DNA of 64,000 nt from Octopus vulgaris (GCA_951406725.2 OX597831.1:52390001-52454000), one strand, 5' to 3'. Positions 39,923 through 55,150 are shown, counted from the first letter of the stretch. The notes: generated from the sequence alone by a model not told the origin. Numbers and translations are program-made.

Positions 39923-41300
39923 TTTGTTTTAGCCATTCAACTACCGCTGTGCTGGGGTACCGCCTTGAAGGGTTTAGTCAAATATAGTGACCCCAGTATT
40001 TATATATTTTTTAAAACTTGGTACGTCTTCTATCAGTTCTCTTTTACCGAACTTTTTTCTATGCTACAAACGCATAGACACACACACGCATACACATACA
40101 TCTGAACGTGTATACAACGGGCTTCCACAGTTTTCGACTACCAGATTCACTCACAAAGTACTGGTCGGCCCAATGTGCCGCGCAGAGGAGCTAAACCTGA
40201 AACCGGGTAATTGCAAAGCAATGCCTGAATCTACAGTCATGCCTGCGCGGCGAGCTGGCGGAACCGTTAGCACGCCGGACGAAATGCGTAGCCGTATTTC
40301 GTCTGCCGTTACGTTCTGAGTTCAAATTCCGCCGAGGTCGACTTTGCCTTTCATCCTTTAGGGGTCGATAAATTAAGTACCAGTTACGTGCTAACGTTTC
40401 TGCCAGCTCGCCGCCTTAAATAAATTAATTAATTGAAACGGAAACCACAAATAGTGCCTTGACATTGATTTCTGAACTATTTATGTTTCGCTCGATATTT
40501 TTCCAGTCTTTCAGTGACGAATTAATACATACCATATCTTAACATACGTATTTTAGGGTGGTCGATACGAAACATACGTATTGCTACTAACGAATAAAGA
40601 CCGGCCTCACTATGCTTTTATCTGAAGACAATCCGGTTGCTATATTATCACAAGAAATAGGTGTTAGATAGGTAAATTAGTACATATATCACTTTTCCTA
40701 ATCTTCAATTGTTAGTGCTTTCTTAGAAAATGACTTCATATTTTCTAAATTGCTTTTATTCTTTTACTTTTTTATTTCTTTCAGTCATTTGACTGCGCCC
40801 ATGCTAGCACACCTTGAAGGTTTTAGCCAATCAAATCGACCTCATATTTATTTTATAGTCTAGAGTTGATTTGAACGGTCCCCTTTTCTGGCTTTCTTAC
40901 TTTTTAAATCTATTATTTTTTGTTTTTGCATAAAAGATAAATTACGGGCATGTAAACAGAATTTGAGAAGCATAAATATGCATTCTCTCTCTCACACACA
41001 CAAATGTATGTGTGTGTGTGTGTATGTGTATGTGTGTGTGTGAGAGCGTGCGTGTGTGTGTGTGTCTCTGTGTCTATGTTTGTCCCCCACCAATGTTTGA
41101 CACCGGTGTTGGTATGTTTACGTCCTCGTAACCTAGCGGTTCGGCAAAAGAGACTAATAAAATAAGTATCAGGTTTTAGAAGATAAGTCCTGGGGTCGAC
41201 TTGTTCAACTAAAACTCTACAAGGCGGTGCCCCAGCATGGCCGCCGTGAAATGACTAAAATAAATAAAAGTTATGTGTGTGTATGTGTGAGCGCGCGCGC

Positions 41301-41346
<46 letters not shown>

Positions 41347-42257
41347 AACAGACATCCATACGGTTTCTGTTGACCAAATTGATTCCCAATTTATTAATTG
41401 GCACGGAACTATAGTTCCGTTGCACAGTAGGGCTGAATTTATAGGTGCTGTGACATGTATTTAATGAGTATTGAACCTAATTATCTCGCAGAATACCATT
41501 AAATCAACCTGTTTCTATTTAGATAAGATTCTTGAAGTTCGCAACAGAAAACTGAAAAATATTACTGTCATACGTAAAAAAAAATCCCAGAAATAATATT
41601 TTCTGGTTAAAACGCGTTTTCTTTTTATTTTTTGTGTTTTTATTTTATTTATTTATTTTATTTTGGTTGGGAGTGTGGAGTTAAACAAGTATCGATTTCC
41701 ACGTTTGCTGCTTGCATTTGCGGTACCTGATCCTGATTGGTTACTTTCTTTCAAATGCCTGAAAGTTCAACTCCTACTTCTGAAAGGAACTTTTTAAAAA
41801 AATCATTGGCATCATGCAGTAAATGGGCAGCATATTTTTTCTGATAAAGGCCTTTCATAAAATATAGCACTGTTTCCCATTCCCCAGGTAGTTGTAAATG
41901 CTTTCGCAAAACAAATTGAAATCGATATAGAAAATACTTATCTCTATTCTATTAGCAACTCCATTCCATTTCCAGTTGAGAGAAACACGTCAGACATCAC
42001 TTTAGCAGCAATATTATCGCAAAGAGGGCATCCTTTTGCTTCCCCGCCACTCGTGTCTAATTTTTTGTAAATGTTGTCTTTTAAATTGTTGTTTTCTATT
42101 GCGAAAGAAGTTGTTGCAATTGTTGAGTGGTTATGTAAGTGACAACACTACCTCTTAGGGAGACATGCTCTCCTCGTTACAGACCAACAAAGCGTCTGGT
42201 TTGCGTTTGGAAAATCTCTTAAATACAAAATAAATATATAAAAAATAGAATCAAACA

Positions 42258-42420
42258 GGCGCAGGAGTGGCTGTGTGGTAAGTAGCTTGCTAACCAGCCA
42301 CATGGTTCCGGGTTCAGTCCCACTGCGTTGCATCTTGGGCAAGTGTCTTCTGCTATAGCCCCGGGCCGACCGATGCCTTGTGAGTGGATTTGGTAGACGG
42401 AAACTGAAAGAAGCATGCCG

Positions 42421-42453
<33 letters not shown>

Positions 42454-42673
42454 ATGTGTTTGTGTGTCTGTGTTTGTCTCCTTAGCATTGCTTGACAACC
42501 GATGCTGGTGTGTTTATGTCCCCGTTACTTAGCGGTTCGGCAAAAAGAGACCGATAGAATAAGTACTGGGCTTACAAAAGAATAAGTCCCGGGGTCGAGT
42601 TGCTCGATTGAAGGCGGTGCTCCAGCATGGCCGCAGTCAAATGACTGAAACAAGTAAAAGAGTAAAGAGTAAA
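42258..42673 (+). mobile_element. SINE family A copy, full length
   Basis: Starts GGCGCAGGAGTGGCTGTGTGGTAAG and ends GAAACAAGTAAAAGAGTAAAGAG. Confidence 0.9.
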
Positions 42674-43155
42674 TAATAAACATTATGTTAGAGTCGGAGT
42701 GTCTTCGAATTCTTTTGACGTTTCCTATCGTAGTCGAAAAAGAAAAAGTGTGTGTGCACAGAAGTCTCGCCTAGAATCTGCTATTCTGCTCAACCAGATT
42801 TCAATTTTTTCAAAGTATTCATGACGTATTTCGTTGCCCAAGAGTGAGAAAATTATTGCATTATGTAAAGGTAAAAGGGCAGTGAACGGACAGAATCAGG
42901 GTCGATGAAATGAGCACCAGTTGAGCGCTGGAGTCGATCTAAATGGTGGCGAGCTGGCACAATTGCTAGCACGCCAGGTAAAATGCTTAGCGGCATTTCG
43001 TCCATCCTTATGTTCTGAGTTCAAATTCCGCCGAGGTCGACTTTGCCTTTCATCCTCTCGGGGTGGTTGAAACAAGTACCAGTTACACACTGGGGTTGAT
43101 GTAATCGACTTACCCCTTCCCTACAAATTCAGGCCTTGTACATATAGTAGAAAGG

Positions 43156-43229
<74 letters not shown>

Positions 43230-43899
43230 ACGCAACGAGCTGGCAGAATCGTTAGTACGCTGGGAAAAATGCTTAGCGGCTTTTTGTTTTTTTTGTTTTT
43301 TTGCTTTTTGTTTCTTCATGTTCTGAGCTCAAATCTGGCCTCAGTCAACTTTGCCTTTCATTCTTCCGGATTCGATAAAATAAGGTACTAGTCAAGTACG
43401 GGGTTGATGATATCGACTAACACCCATCCCCTTAAAATTGCTGCCTCATACCTAAATCAGAAATTCATCATGTTAAGTTATAAAACTCTTCCGCTTAAGG
43501 CTCTCTCTTCTTAATATCTATTACGACTGCCAATTATAACTTCGAACAAGAGAACAATACATTGAAAAGGTTCCTCAAGTTAAGGAAAGCATATCGATAT
43601 CAGCGTTTATGTGATCTAAATAGTCGCTATTTCAAAACAGTCACGTTACCTTTCAGTTTATCCTTGTGCTGTTTTATCTCTCTAAGCATTGCTCTATCTC
43701 AAAGGGCTATTTTGTCTATTTAAAACTCCCGGCGTTACCTGTAGTGATAGGAAGACACTCTTCGTGTTTATGAAAGTGAAAAATTTTCTATAATAAATAA
43801 AATTTTCTACAATAAATAGAATTCAGTCAAAAGAGAGCCACTCGTTTACATTTTTAGAGAAAATAGGCAACTGTGACAGTCAATATTATTAGCTTAAAT

Positions 43900-44100
43900 C
43901 AGTGGTTTTCAACCAGGGTTCCGCCAGTACAGTCCAGGGGTTCCGCAAGAAGTTGCAAAACTGCTAAAATCGGCAGTAATTTTTAATTCTCCTGTGCAGA
44001 TATGTGTGCATAAGACAATTAAATTATTGCACAGGGGTTCCTCGAGCCAGTGAAATGTTTCTTTGGGGTTCCGCTCCAGCAAAAAGTTTGAAAAGCACTG
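43900..44100. mobile_element. hAT (Charlie-like) MITE, 201 bp
   Basis: TIRs CAGTGGTTTTCAA / TTGAAAAGCACTG with a perfect 8-bp TSD GCTTAAAT (43892-43899, 44101-44108). Confidence 0.9.
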
Positions 44101-45067
44101 GCTTAAATGCACAAAATCTTTAAGAATTTCATTGGAAACATATTGCTTTTCGAGTACATCGATGAAATAAGTCTTGAAGCGCATATGGCCGGCTTCAAGG
44201 CAGTGCCTCAGTACGACTGCAGCCCACTAAATGAAATCGGTAAAACAATACATTTAGGGTTTATGTTGTTATAATTATGTCAGCTGTCAGAGATCAAGGG
44301 TTCTCTATGTCTCTTTTACTTCTCTTGTACCAACTCACATCTTCCAGACACCACAAAAACTTCTTTACAAACTTCAAATAAACTTTACACCGTCCCTTTA
44401 CCGTAACTTCCACATTGACTCTCGCATCCTTAATAAATATATTGATCACCAACCTCTGATGGAGATTGTAAGTGTTCGTTCTGCTAGAAATAGCAGCCAA
44501 ATCTCCCTCGATTCGCATGAATCCTACGGTGTGATCATAGGTTTGCACGATCAGAACTGAAATCCGATTAAACAACAACATTGGCAACAATATCAGCTAC
44601 CGCTGTAACATGCTGAGCAATCTTTCGCTCTCATCTACCCAGAAGGAAGAACAAGTCAGTGTGTTTAACCTTATCTGCAGCTATTTAAGAGTGAACTGAA
44701 TTCCAACAACAATGAATCCTTCTGAATTGATGATTCTCAGTTGCAGGAGAGAACCTTGTCTGTTACTTCCACAGTGCTCTTTATTCTTTCATTTAACGAT
44801 TTTTGTTCATTTGATTAAACTAATTTACAATTTATCATCGTTATCAACATCCTCGTATTCATTATCATAGTCTTTCGTCATTATCGTCGTGGTCATCATC
44901 ATCATCATCATCATCCTCCTCCTCATCATCATCATCATCATAATCTTCATCTTTCATATTTGAAAAAATATAGTATCACTCAAGCATTGAGACCGAAGGA
45001 ATCGACAAGACCTCAAAATATTTCTGGTCTAAATCGCAAAGCATTATAATTATTATCAATATTATTA

Positions 45068-45125
<58 letters not shown>

Positions 45126-45173
45126 CAATATTATTATTATCAATATTATTATTTTTATTATTATTATTATTGA

Positions 45174-45218
<45 letters not shown>

Positions 45219-45245
45219 TTTTATTATTACTACTACTACTACTAT

Positions 45246-45289
<44 letters not shown>

Positions 45290-45914
45290 TCATTATTAAT
45301 GGCAAATCGTTCGAGCGCCGGACAACATGATTTGCATCTGAGTTCGAATTCCGCCGAGGCTGACTTTGCCTTTCATCCTTTTGGAATCGATAAAATAAGT
45401 ACTCAGTTGAGCGCTGGGGTCAATGTAATCGACTTACACTCCTCACTCAAAATTACTGGCCTTGTGCCAAAAATTGAAATCGATTTTCTTCTCGATTAAG
45501 TCTGTGAGCTGGCAAAAATTGTTAACACTCCGGGTAAAATGTTTAGCGACATTTCGGCCATTCTGAGTTCAAATACCTCGCGTTCTGAGTTCAAATTCCG
45601 CCGAGGTAGACATTGCCTTTCATCCTTTCGGGGTCGATAAAATAAGTTCCAGTTGGGCACTGAAGGTCGATGTAGCCCTTGCCCCGAAGTTGCTGGTCTT
45701 GTGCCAAAAATTGGAAGCAATATCTCTTCCGACTTTTTACGCTCTGAGTTCAAGTCCCACCCAGAGCAACTTCCCCTCTACACTTCCTCTCAGAATGATC
45801 AAGGTCAGTGATTCTTGGCGCATTATAGTTTAAAATATGATAGCTTTGTGGACTTGATACTAAACAGTGTCTTTGGACTTTCGGCTTTGCTAGTGCTGTA
45901 GCATTTGTTACCGT

Positions 45915-47340
45915 GTCTTACCCAATTTGCCCAATCTGCGAAAGATCAACCTCTATTCCTTTCTTCTTAGTTGTGTACGTTGTCCAGGTTTCTGCTCCGT
46001 AGAAGACAATATGCATAATATGCAGTCTTATGTCTTTTGAGCAGAAATTTTTTTTCATTCTTAAAGATATTATTTTAGCCATTTTTATCCTTTGGCTTAG
46101 GCGCGTGGTTAGGGTATTCAGCTCACAAACGTTAGTTCCATTCTTGGCAGCACATTGCATTCTCCACCAAGACACTTTATTTCTCGTTGCTTCAGTCCTC
46201 TCCGCTGGCACAAATGAGTCGTACCTGTATTTCAAAGAGCCAGCCTCGACAAACACTGTGTCACGCTGAATCTCTCTCAAAACTACGTTAAGGGTACGGG
46301 TGTTTGAGGAATGTTCAACCACTTGCGCGTTAATTTCATGGGCAGGCAATTCAGTTGATCGAATCAACTGAAACGCTCGTCGTCGTAACCGACGGAGAGC
46401 CAGGGCAGCTTCTTCACAGCGAACTTCCTGATTTACTCTTTACTCTTTTACTCTTTTACTTGTTTCAGTCAGTTGACTGCGGCCATGCTGGAGCACCGCC
46501 TTTAGTCGAGCAACTCGACCCCGGGACTTATTCTTTGTAAGCCCAGTACTTATTCTATCGGTCTCTTTTGCCGAACCGCTAAGTAACGGGGACATAAACA
46601 CACCAGCATCGGTTGTCAAACAATGTTGGTGGGACAAACACAGACACACAAACACACACACATACACACATATATATATACATATATACGACAGGCTTCT
46701 TTCAGTTTCCGTCTACCAAATCCACTCACAAGGCATTGGTCGGCCCGGGGCTATAGCAGAAGACACTTGCCCAAGATGCCACGCAGTGGGACTGAACCCG
46801 GAACCATGTGGTTGGTTAGCAAGCTACTTACCACACAGCCACTCCTAAATACTCACTTTTTACATGTTCAACCTACTGTCCACCTATCTTTAAATTTGTC
46901 TTCTTTTGTTCTGTCTTACAAATAACCATTGTCTTCATCTTTTTACATTCATATTTAGGTCTCTCTTGTCACTTTGTTCTTTCAAAACATCAACTTCTTG
47001 TATTTTCTCATTACTTCCTGGCAATAACGCTGTATCATCAGCATATCTTATATTGTTTATGTTCATGTCATTGACTGCGAGTTCTTTGATCTCATTTGAC
47101 TCTCTGAATGTATACTCAGTATAGAATAGATGTGGTGACAGCACACATCCTTGTCTTACGCACTTTTGATCTATGCTGGTTCTGACAATTCCTGGTCTAT
47201 TTTGATGGTTGCCCTTCGGTTCCACTTTAACACACAGATGACTTTTGATGTCTTTTCAGTCTAAGCTTCTAAGCAGGCTTTTTTTCGGAAGAAGTTATGA
47301 GCTCTCTGTTGTGTACGCAGTCAAAATGCCTTGACATAAT
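45915..47340 (-). mobile_element. Fragmented RTE-clade LINE RT, split by two SINE insertions
   Basis: 46935-47225: VRQGCVLSPHLF, NINNIRYADDTALL, LNMNVK. 45918-46040: VFYGAETWT, an RTE hallmark. SINEs intervene at 46100-46400 and 46432-46846. Confidence 0.8.
46432..46846 (-). mobile_element. SINE family A copy
   Basis: Reverse complement of the 42258 copy, inserted within RTE fragments. Confidence 0.9.
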
Positions 47341-47380
47341 CTATGAAGCAGGTCCAAATAGAAGCAATGCAAACACACAC

Positions 47381-47483
<103 letters not shown>

Positions 47484-47546
47484 AAATATATATATATATA
47501 TATAAAACATACAAACACACATCCATATATATACATATATTTTTTT

Positions 47547-47763
47547 ATCTTTTACTTGTTTCAGTCATTAGATTGCGTCCATGCTGGGGCATCGCCTTGA
47601 AGAATTTTAGTCGAACAATTGACCCCAATATTTATACTTTGTTAAGCCTGGTACTAATTCTATCGGTATCTTTTGCCAAACTGCTAAGTTACGGTGACAT
47701 AAACACACAAACACCGGTTATCAAGCGGTGATGGAGGACAAACACAGACACAAAAACACACAG

Positions 47764-47822
<59 letters not shown>

Positions 47823-47975
47823 ATGGGCTTCTTTCAATTTCCATCAACCAAATCCACTCGCAAGGTCGACCGGGATTATAGTAGAAGAGACTTAGCCAAG
47901 GTGTCACGCAGTAGGACTGAACTCAGAACCATGCCGTTGGGGAGCCAACTTCCTACCATACAGCCACGCCTGCGC
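47547..47975 (-). mobile_element. SINE family A copy (diverged)
   Basis: Colinear reverse copy with internal (TA)n. Confidence 0.8.
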
Positions 47976-48096
47976 GTACACAGACACACACACACACACA
48001 CACACACACATTTATAAATATCAGTGTCTCTTTTAATGTTATAATGAAAACAATTTTTAAAGAATTTGAAGGATTTCGTGGTGTAATGTGTGTGTA

Positions 48097-48264
<168 letters not shown>

Positions 48265-48318
48265 TATACATATATTTTTATAGATATATGTGTGTTCTCT
48301 CGTTGTGTGTAGATAGAG

Positions 48319-48438
<120 letters not shown>

Positions 48439-48687
48439 GGCGAGTTTGCATGCGTCTGGCTGTTTTGGCTTAAACATCCTAATGATTGACAAAATTCTTT
48501 AATTATTGAATACTTTCGATCTCTGATGTAGTAGATCAAATGTAAACTAGGAAATTCCAATTTCATATTGATAATTAAATATTATCAATCAGTTTGAGTA
48601 ATGTCAAAGATTGTGATGTTGCAGAAGGATGACGAGCCAAGTTATTGAATTGTTAAGGAAAGTATGGATTTCTTTGTTCGTTGAACA

Positions 48688-48733
<46 letters not shown>

Positions 48734-48957
48734 GTGTGTATAAATTAATTTATTTTATAATTTTCAACCTAAACCGTAATCGATATCTTCGCAAAATGAT
48801 CTGTTAGTGTCGTGGCTCTGTGGTAAGATGCTTGCTTGCTTCCCAATCACATGGTTCCGGGTTCAGTCTTGGCAAGTGTCTTCTAATATAGCCTCGGGCC
48901 GAGCAAAGCTTTGTGAGTGGATTTGGTAGACGGAGACTGAAACAAGCCCGTCGTATA

Positions 48958-49014
<57 letters not shown>

Positions 49015-49081
49015 ATGTATATATATGTATGTATGTATATATTTGTATGTATGTATGTATGTGTGATTAACCACCCACCAA

Positions 49082-49115
<34 letters not shown>

Positions 49116-49116
49116 T

Positions 49117-49170
49117 AACAAAAACTGTCTGATGAACGGCAACGAGAAACTCAGAGTAACAGATTTTGTT
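49117..49170 (+). ncRNA. Minimal type I hammerhead ribozyme (solo PLE-type remnant between two (TA)n runs)
   Basis: AACAAAAACTGT-CTGATGA-ACGGCAACGA-GAAA-CTCAGAG-TA-ACAGATTTTGTT: 11 of 12 stem I pairs, perfect CUGAUGA/GAAA core, short GCAA-capped stem II, near-palindromic stem III, GUA cleavage site after 49158. Confidence 0.75.
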
Positions 49171-49194
49171 GAATTTTCTGCTGCTTTAAATAAA

Positions 49195-49266
<72 letters not shown>

Positions 49267-49296
49267 GTATGTATATGTATTCATATATGCGTCTGC

Positions 49297-49329
<33 letters not shown>

Positions 49330-49912
49330 TGTATGTATGTATGTATGTATGTATATATGTATGCGTGTGTATGTCTGAATTTATGCATGTTTGTACTTAA
49401 ATACAAGCGCGCGCGCTTAGACACGTTTCTATGACATGAAGAAACACATTATTGGGTGAGGACGGAGAGAGGGTAGGAAAGTAATTCTCAAATCACTCGC
49501 TGCCGTCACATGTAAGAATACCAGCACAGACACAGATATTTCATTCCTATAAACCCCCCTTAAATGACGACGCGGTTACGGCTGAAATGTTCTTTAATTG
49601 GAGGTCTGACAGTTCGATCGACCCGCAGCTAAACAACAGCTAAAACACATAACTACATACTTTTTTTTTTATTTTGCTCTATTATTAAGAGTCTCCAGAC
49701 GATTATCGCGGCGACACGGCGACAGAAGGTCGACTGCAGAATGTCGACAAGCAAAGCAGTGTTCTTCCGATGTTGCCTGCATTGTTTTCTGCTTGTGGTG
49801 GTCGCTACAGTTTGTATGGAACGTGCAATGCAATAATGGCGATCCACTTGAGAAATAAAACAGTCAGGAATACAAGAGGCCTGCACAACTGTACAAGATG
49901 GACGAAGACTGA

Positions 49913-49957
<45 letters not shown>

Positions 49958-50182
49958 CCTCTCTCTCTCTCTCACGCTCGCTCGCTCGCTCGCTTGCCTG
50001 GTTGATGCGTTAGATTGGTTGGTTTGTTGATTTGTTGGTTGGCAATTGTTAACTAATCTTTACGTTTCATAATGATCACTTACACTTTCTGTCTCTCTTT
50101 CACCCTCCATCCATCTCTCTCTCCCCCTCCCTCACTCTTGCCCTTTCCATCTTTGGCTTCCTGCACACACACACACACACAA

Positions 50183-50218
<36 letters not shown>

Positions 50219-50390
50219 TGTATGTATGTATGTATGTATATTATATATATATGTTATATATATTATATATGTTTATATGTTTCGAATGGCGGTGCCCCAG
50301 CATGGCCACAGCTCGTGAGCTGAAACTAGATGAAATGAAATGAAAAATGAAATATGTATGTATATATATATGTATGTATGCATATATGTA

Positions 50391-50519
<129 letters not shown>

Positions 50520-51017
50520 CAAATTGTCTTTCGTTAATTAAATACATATATGCGTGAACTGAAGTAAATGCTAACATATATGCATGCGTCAATGCGCGCG
50601 CGGTTGTGTATATGTGAGCGCGTGAGCATGGGTATATACGTTTCTTCTTGCGTATCAAACCAGTGTGATAGTCTCTATGTGGTACACCCGCACATCTACA
50701 AGAAATAACGGGAATTCCTCCTCAACAATATGCATTATTATTTTAATTTTCTTTCGCAAAACAAAAATAAAGCAAAAAAAAACTGGAAACAATGAATTAA
50801 ATGGTCTAAGGTGACGCTGTTTGAAAACCAAGCTGGGTGGTCACGGATGGAATGCCTTTATTTGTAGACAGCATGAGGCTAAACAATCATGACATGTATA
50901 CGCATATATACTTATGTAGGTAAAGATAGATAGATTGATAGATAGATAGATATAGTTATGTATATATATATGTGTATATATATATATATACATGTATATA
51001 TATATACATATATATAC

Positions 51018-51078
<61 letters not shown>

Positions 51079-51218
51079 AAATTATAACCTATAAGGTTTA
51101 TTCTTCCCATGCTGCCATTTGATTTTACCGTTATTTAAATATCAATCTTATCCTTATTTACATAGAAATTTATATATGTGTGTGTGTATGTGTACATACA
51201 CACACACAAACACACATA

Positions 51219-51621
51219 GGTGCAGAGTGGCTGTGTAGTAAGAAGTTTACTTCCCGACCACATGATTCCAGGTTCAGTCCCACCGCCTGGCACTTTGGGT
51301 AAGTGCCTTCTTCCATAGCCTCGTGCCGACCAAAGCCTTGTGAATGGATTTGGTAGACGGAAACTGAAGGAAAGCCCGTCGTATATGTATGTGCGCGCGT
51401 GTGTGTGTGTATGTGTGTGTGTGTGCGTGCATGTGTGTGTGTGTTTATGTGTGTATCTTTGTGTTTGTCCCCACCACCATACCTTGACGTCGGTGTGTTT
51501 TACGTCCCCGTAACTTAGCGGTTCGGCATAAGAGACTGATAGAATAAGTACCGGGCTTGGAAAGAATAAGTCCTGGGGTCGATTTCTTCGATTAAAAGGC
51601 AGTGCTGAAACAACTAAAAGA
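51219..51621 (+). mobile_element. SINE family A copy
   Basis: Colinear with the other copies; short 3' deletion. Confidence 0.85.
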
Positions 51622-52837
51622 ACGTATGTATGCATCTAATTGCTTTTAGAAGCATATGTATGACCGAGCACCTGTGGTTACGTTGCGTGAGTAATTTAGG
51701 GATACTTAACCTCGCAACGGCTATTTTGCATCTTTAGACGGACACGCGCGCGCGACCCCATTAACAAACAAACAAACAAAAAGAAAAATACACACTCATA
51801 CAAACACACAGACGTGCCTTTTACCAGGTCAAACAGCGATGGCCATGCTATCGCACCGGCTATCTCTATTTGTGTATGTGTGTGTGTGTGTGTATGTAAT
51901 TTCTGATTTAGGCACAAGCTCAGCAATTTTCGATTAGGGTTAGATGATATCATCGACTCAAGGTCTAAACTGATACTTTATTTTACCGGTCCTGGACGAA
52001 TGAAAGGTAACGTTGACCGAGGTGGGATTTGAACTCAAAATGTAAAGAGCCGGGAGAAAAACTGCAGACCACGTTTTTCCTATACTCTAACGATTCCACC
52101 AGCTCACTACCCTTTTCTCTCCCCTCTCTCTCTCTCTCTGAATATATATATTTCTATACTACCCACAGGGGGCTAAACATAGAGGGGACAAATAATGACA
52201 GACAAAGGGATTAAGTCGATTACATCGACCTCAGTACGCAACTGGTACTTTATTTATCGACCCCGAAAGGATGAAAGGCAAAGTCGACCTCGGCGTAATT
52301 TGAACTCAGAACGTGACGACAGACGAAATACCTATTTCTTTATTACCCACAAGGGGCTAAACACAGAGGGGACAAACAAGGACAGACATAGGTATTAAGT
52401 CGATTACATCGACCCCAGTGCGTAACTGGTACTTAATTTATCGACCCCGAAAGGATGAAAGGCAAAGTCGACCTCGGCGGAATTTGAACTCACAACGTAA
52501 CGCAGACGAAATACCGCTAAGCGTTTCGCCCGGCACGCTAACGTTTGTGCCACCTCGCCGCCTCTCTCTCTCTATATATATATATTTGTGTGTGTGCGTG
52601 TGTGTATGTGTGTGTGTGTATGTATGTGTGTGTGTATGTATGAGTGTGTGTGTGTGTGTGTGTGTATGAGTGTGTAAGCCTTCTTTTTTCTGTCGAGGAC
52701 TTATATGCCCCTTTATTAGAATATTTTCGTTAGACATTGCACGGTGGTCGCCATAAGCTTTAAGCTTATATAAAAATACCATTATTATTATTTAGAGGAT
52801 TGTAAACTCAGCACCGTATATATAAAAAAAAAACATG

Positions 52838-52972
<135 letters not shown>

Positions 52973-53909
52973 CCATTTATATACAAGCTAAAAGGATTTT
53001 CCATCGGTTACATTGGTTAGTATTTCAAGTACCTCAAACATCATATCAGGCAGAATCAGTTTGCACTTAAAAGATGGTCCTTTGAATTACAAGTACAAAT
53101 CACCAAAAGTCTTCCTCACGCCTTCTGTCGTTTAAGTTTCACTCACAAAAGCTTGGATCGATCCGTTGCGATGGTTTAAAAAAAAAAAAAAAAATTTTTA
53201 AACATTGCTTGTCAAAGTTGCAAACCTTTGGGATCGAACGTGCGTGTTTACGGTTGCAAACTGAATTTCTTAGCCAATAGGCTTTGCCATATTGCTGCAT
53301 ATGTACCTATTACGTTGTGATCATATATATTCGTGAATACGTAGCTTGATTGATATAAACACACTTTAAAGCCCACGCTGACTCTGTTATGCTGTTATGC
53401 GCAGTCTTTCACTCACACTCACACACTGGCACTCAGCTTCACTCATAAAATCATACGTATGTACGAGGCAGGTGCAACAGACTTCTACACGTGGGTGTAT
53501 GTATATTTGCGTCTATTGAGAATGAAACGTAAACAGTTGACTGCTGCCTCTTTGTTCATCAGTCTGTTCGTCTGTCTGTCTGCCTGTCAGTCAGTCAGTT
53601 TGTCTGATTGGCGTCTGACTGTATGTTTGTCTGCCTTTGTGCATGCGCGTCAGTTTTAGACACACACACACAGACACACACACATATATACACACATACA
53701 TACATACATATATACACACATACATACATACATACATACATACCTACATACATGCATACATATGTGTGTGCGTGAGTGTGCATATATATATATACATGCA
53801 TATATACGTGAATGTATATACGAAGGAATATATACATACACACACATACATATAAAAACGCACGCACATCTATACATACATATATGTATGTATGTATGTG
53901 TGTGTACAT

Positions 53910-53970
<61 letters not shown>

Positions 53971-54353
53971 CATACATACATACACACACACACAAACATG
54001 CATATATATATATATATATATATAGTATTCTTCTATTGTATATTCGAAATTCTTCAATTTCCGTTCCAGTTTTTCAGTTGTTGATTAACATACTTCTAAC
54101 TAATCTAATTATTTATTATATTTTTTTTTTGTATATTGTCATTTTCTTTTTTATTCATTTCGTGATAGATGTTTGATTTTTAGAGGAATTGAGATTTAAT
54201 GCAAGAAGCGCAGTATACATGAATGTGTCTATATAACTGTGTGTGTGTGTGTGTATACATATATACATACATATATGTACATAAGTTTTACCTATATATA
54301 AATATAGATATATTATATATAGATATAGATAAAACTGATGTATATATTGAGAT

Positions 54354-54399
<46 letters not shown>

Positions 54400-54493
54400 A
54401 TTTAGAGCCGGTCACTTTTTTTATTTCCAAATAAAAACTCATTATATATTCGTTCGTCACTCGTTTATTAGTGTTCTTATTCTAACTCATGTC

Positions 54494-54542
54494 TATTGTC
54501 CGGAAATCTTTCCTCACACATCTGTGACCTCCTCAGCGACAC
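54494..54542 (-). ncRNA. Degenerate hammerhead-like motif in a ~200-bp insert between (TA)n runs
   Basis: Minus strand TGTCG-CTGAGGA-GG-TCACA-GATG-TGTGA-G-GAAA-GATTTC-CGGACA. Core and 5-bp stem II present; stem I is bulged. Confidence 0.4.
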
Positions 54543-54622
54543 TTTTCCTCTTCATGTGTGCTCTTGTCCTGCTTATTCCATTCTCTCTATATTTTAATGA
54601 CATGTATATATATATATGGATG

Positions 54623-54660
<38 letters not shown>

Positions 54661-54700
54661 CATAAAAAACAGTAATACTCATAAGAGATATTAATGTATG

Positions 54701-54732
<32 letters not shown>

Positions 54733-54736
54733 TAAA

Positions 54737-54781
<45 letters not shown>

Positions 54782-54863
54782 CATAAATGTATTTATATAT
54801 ATATATATATATATAGGCATATGCATATATATATAGGCTATATATATATATATATATATATGC

Positions 54864-54900
<37 letters not shown>

Positions 54901-55054
54901 TTATGTATATGTATGTGTATGTATATACATTTATGTGTGTGTGTATATATATATATATACATACATACATTAATATCTCTTATGAGTATTACTGTTTTTT
55001 ATGTATTTATATATATACATATATATACTCATACATATAATATTCATATATATA

Positions 55055-55150
<96 letters not shown>

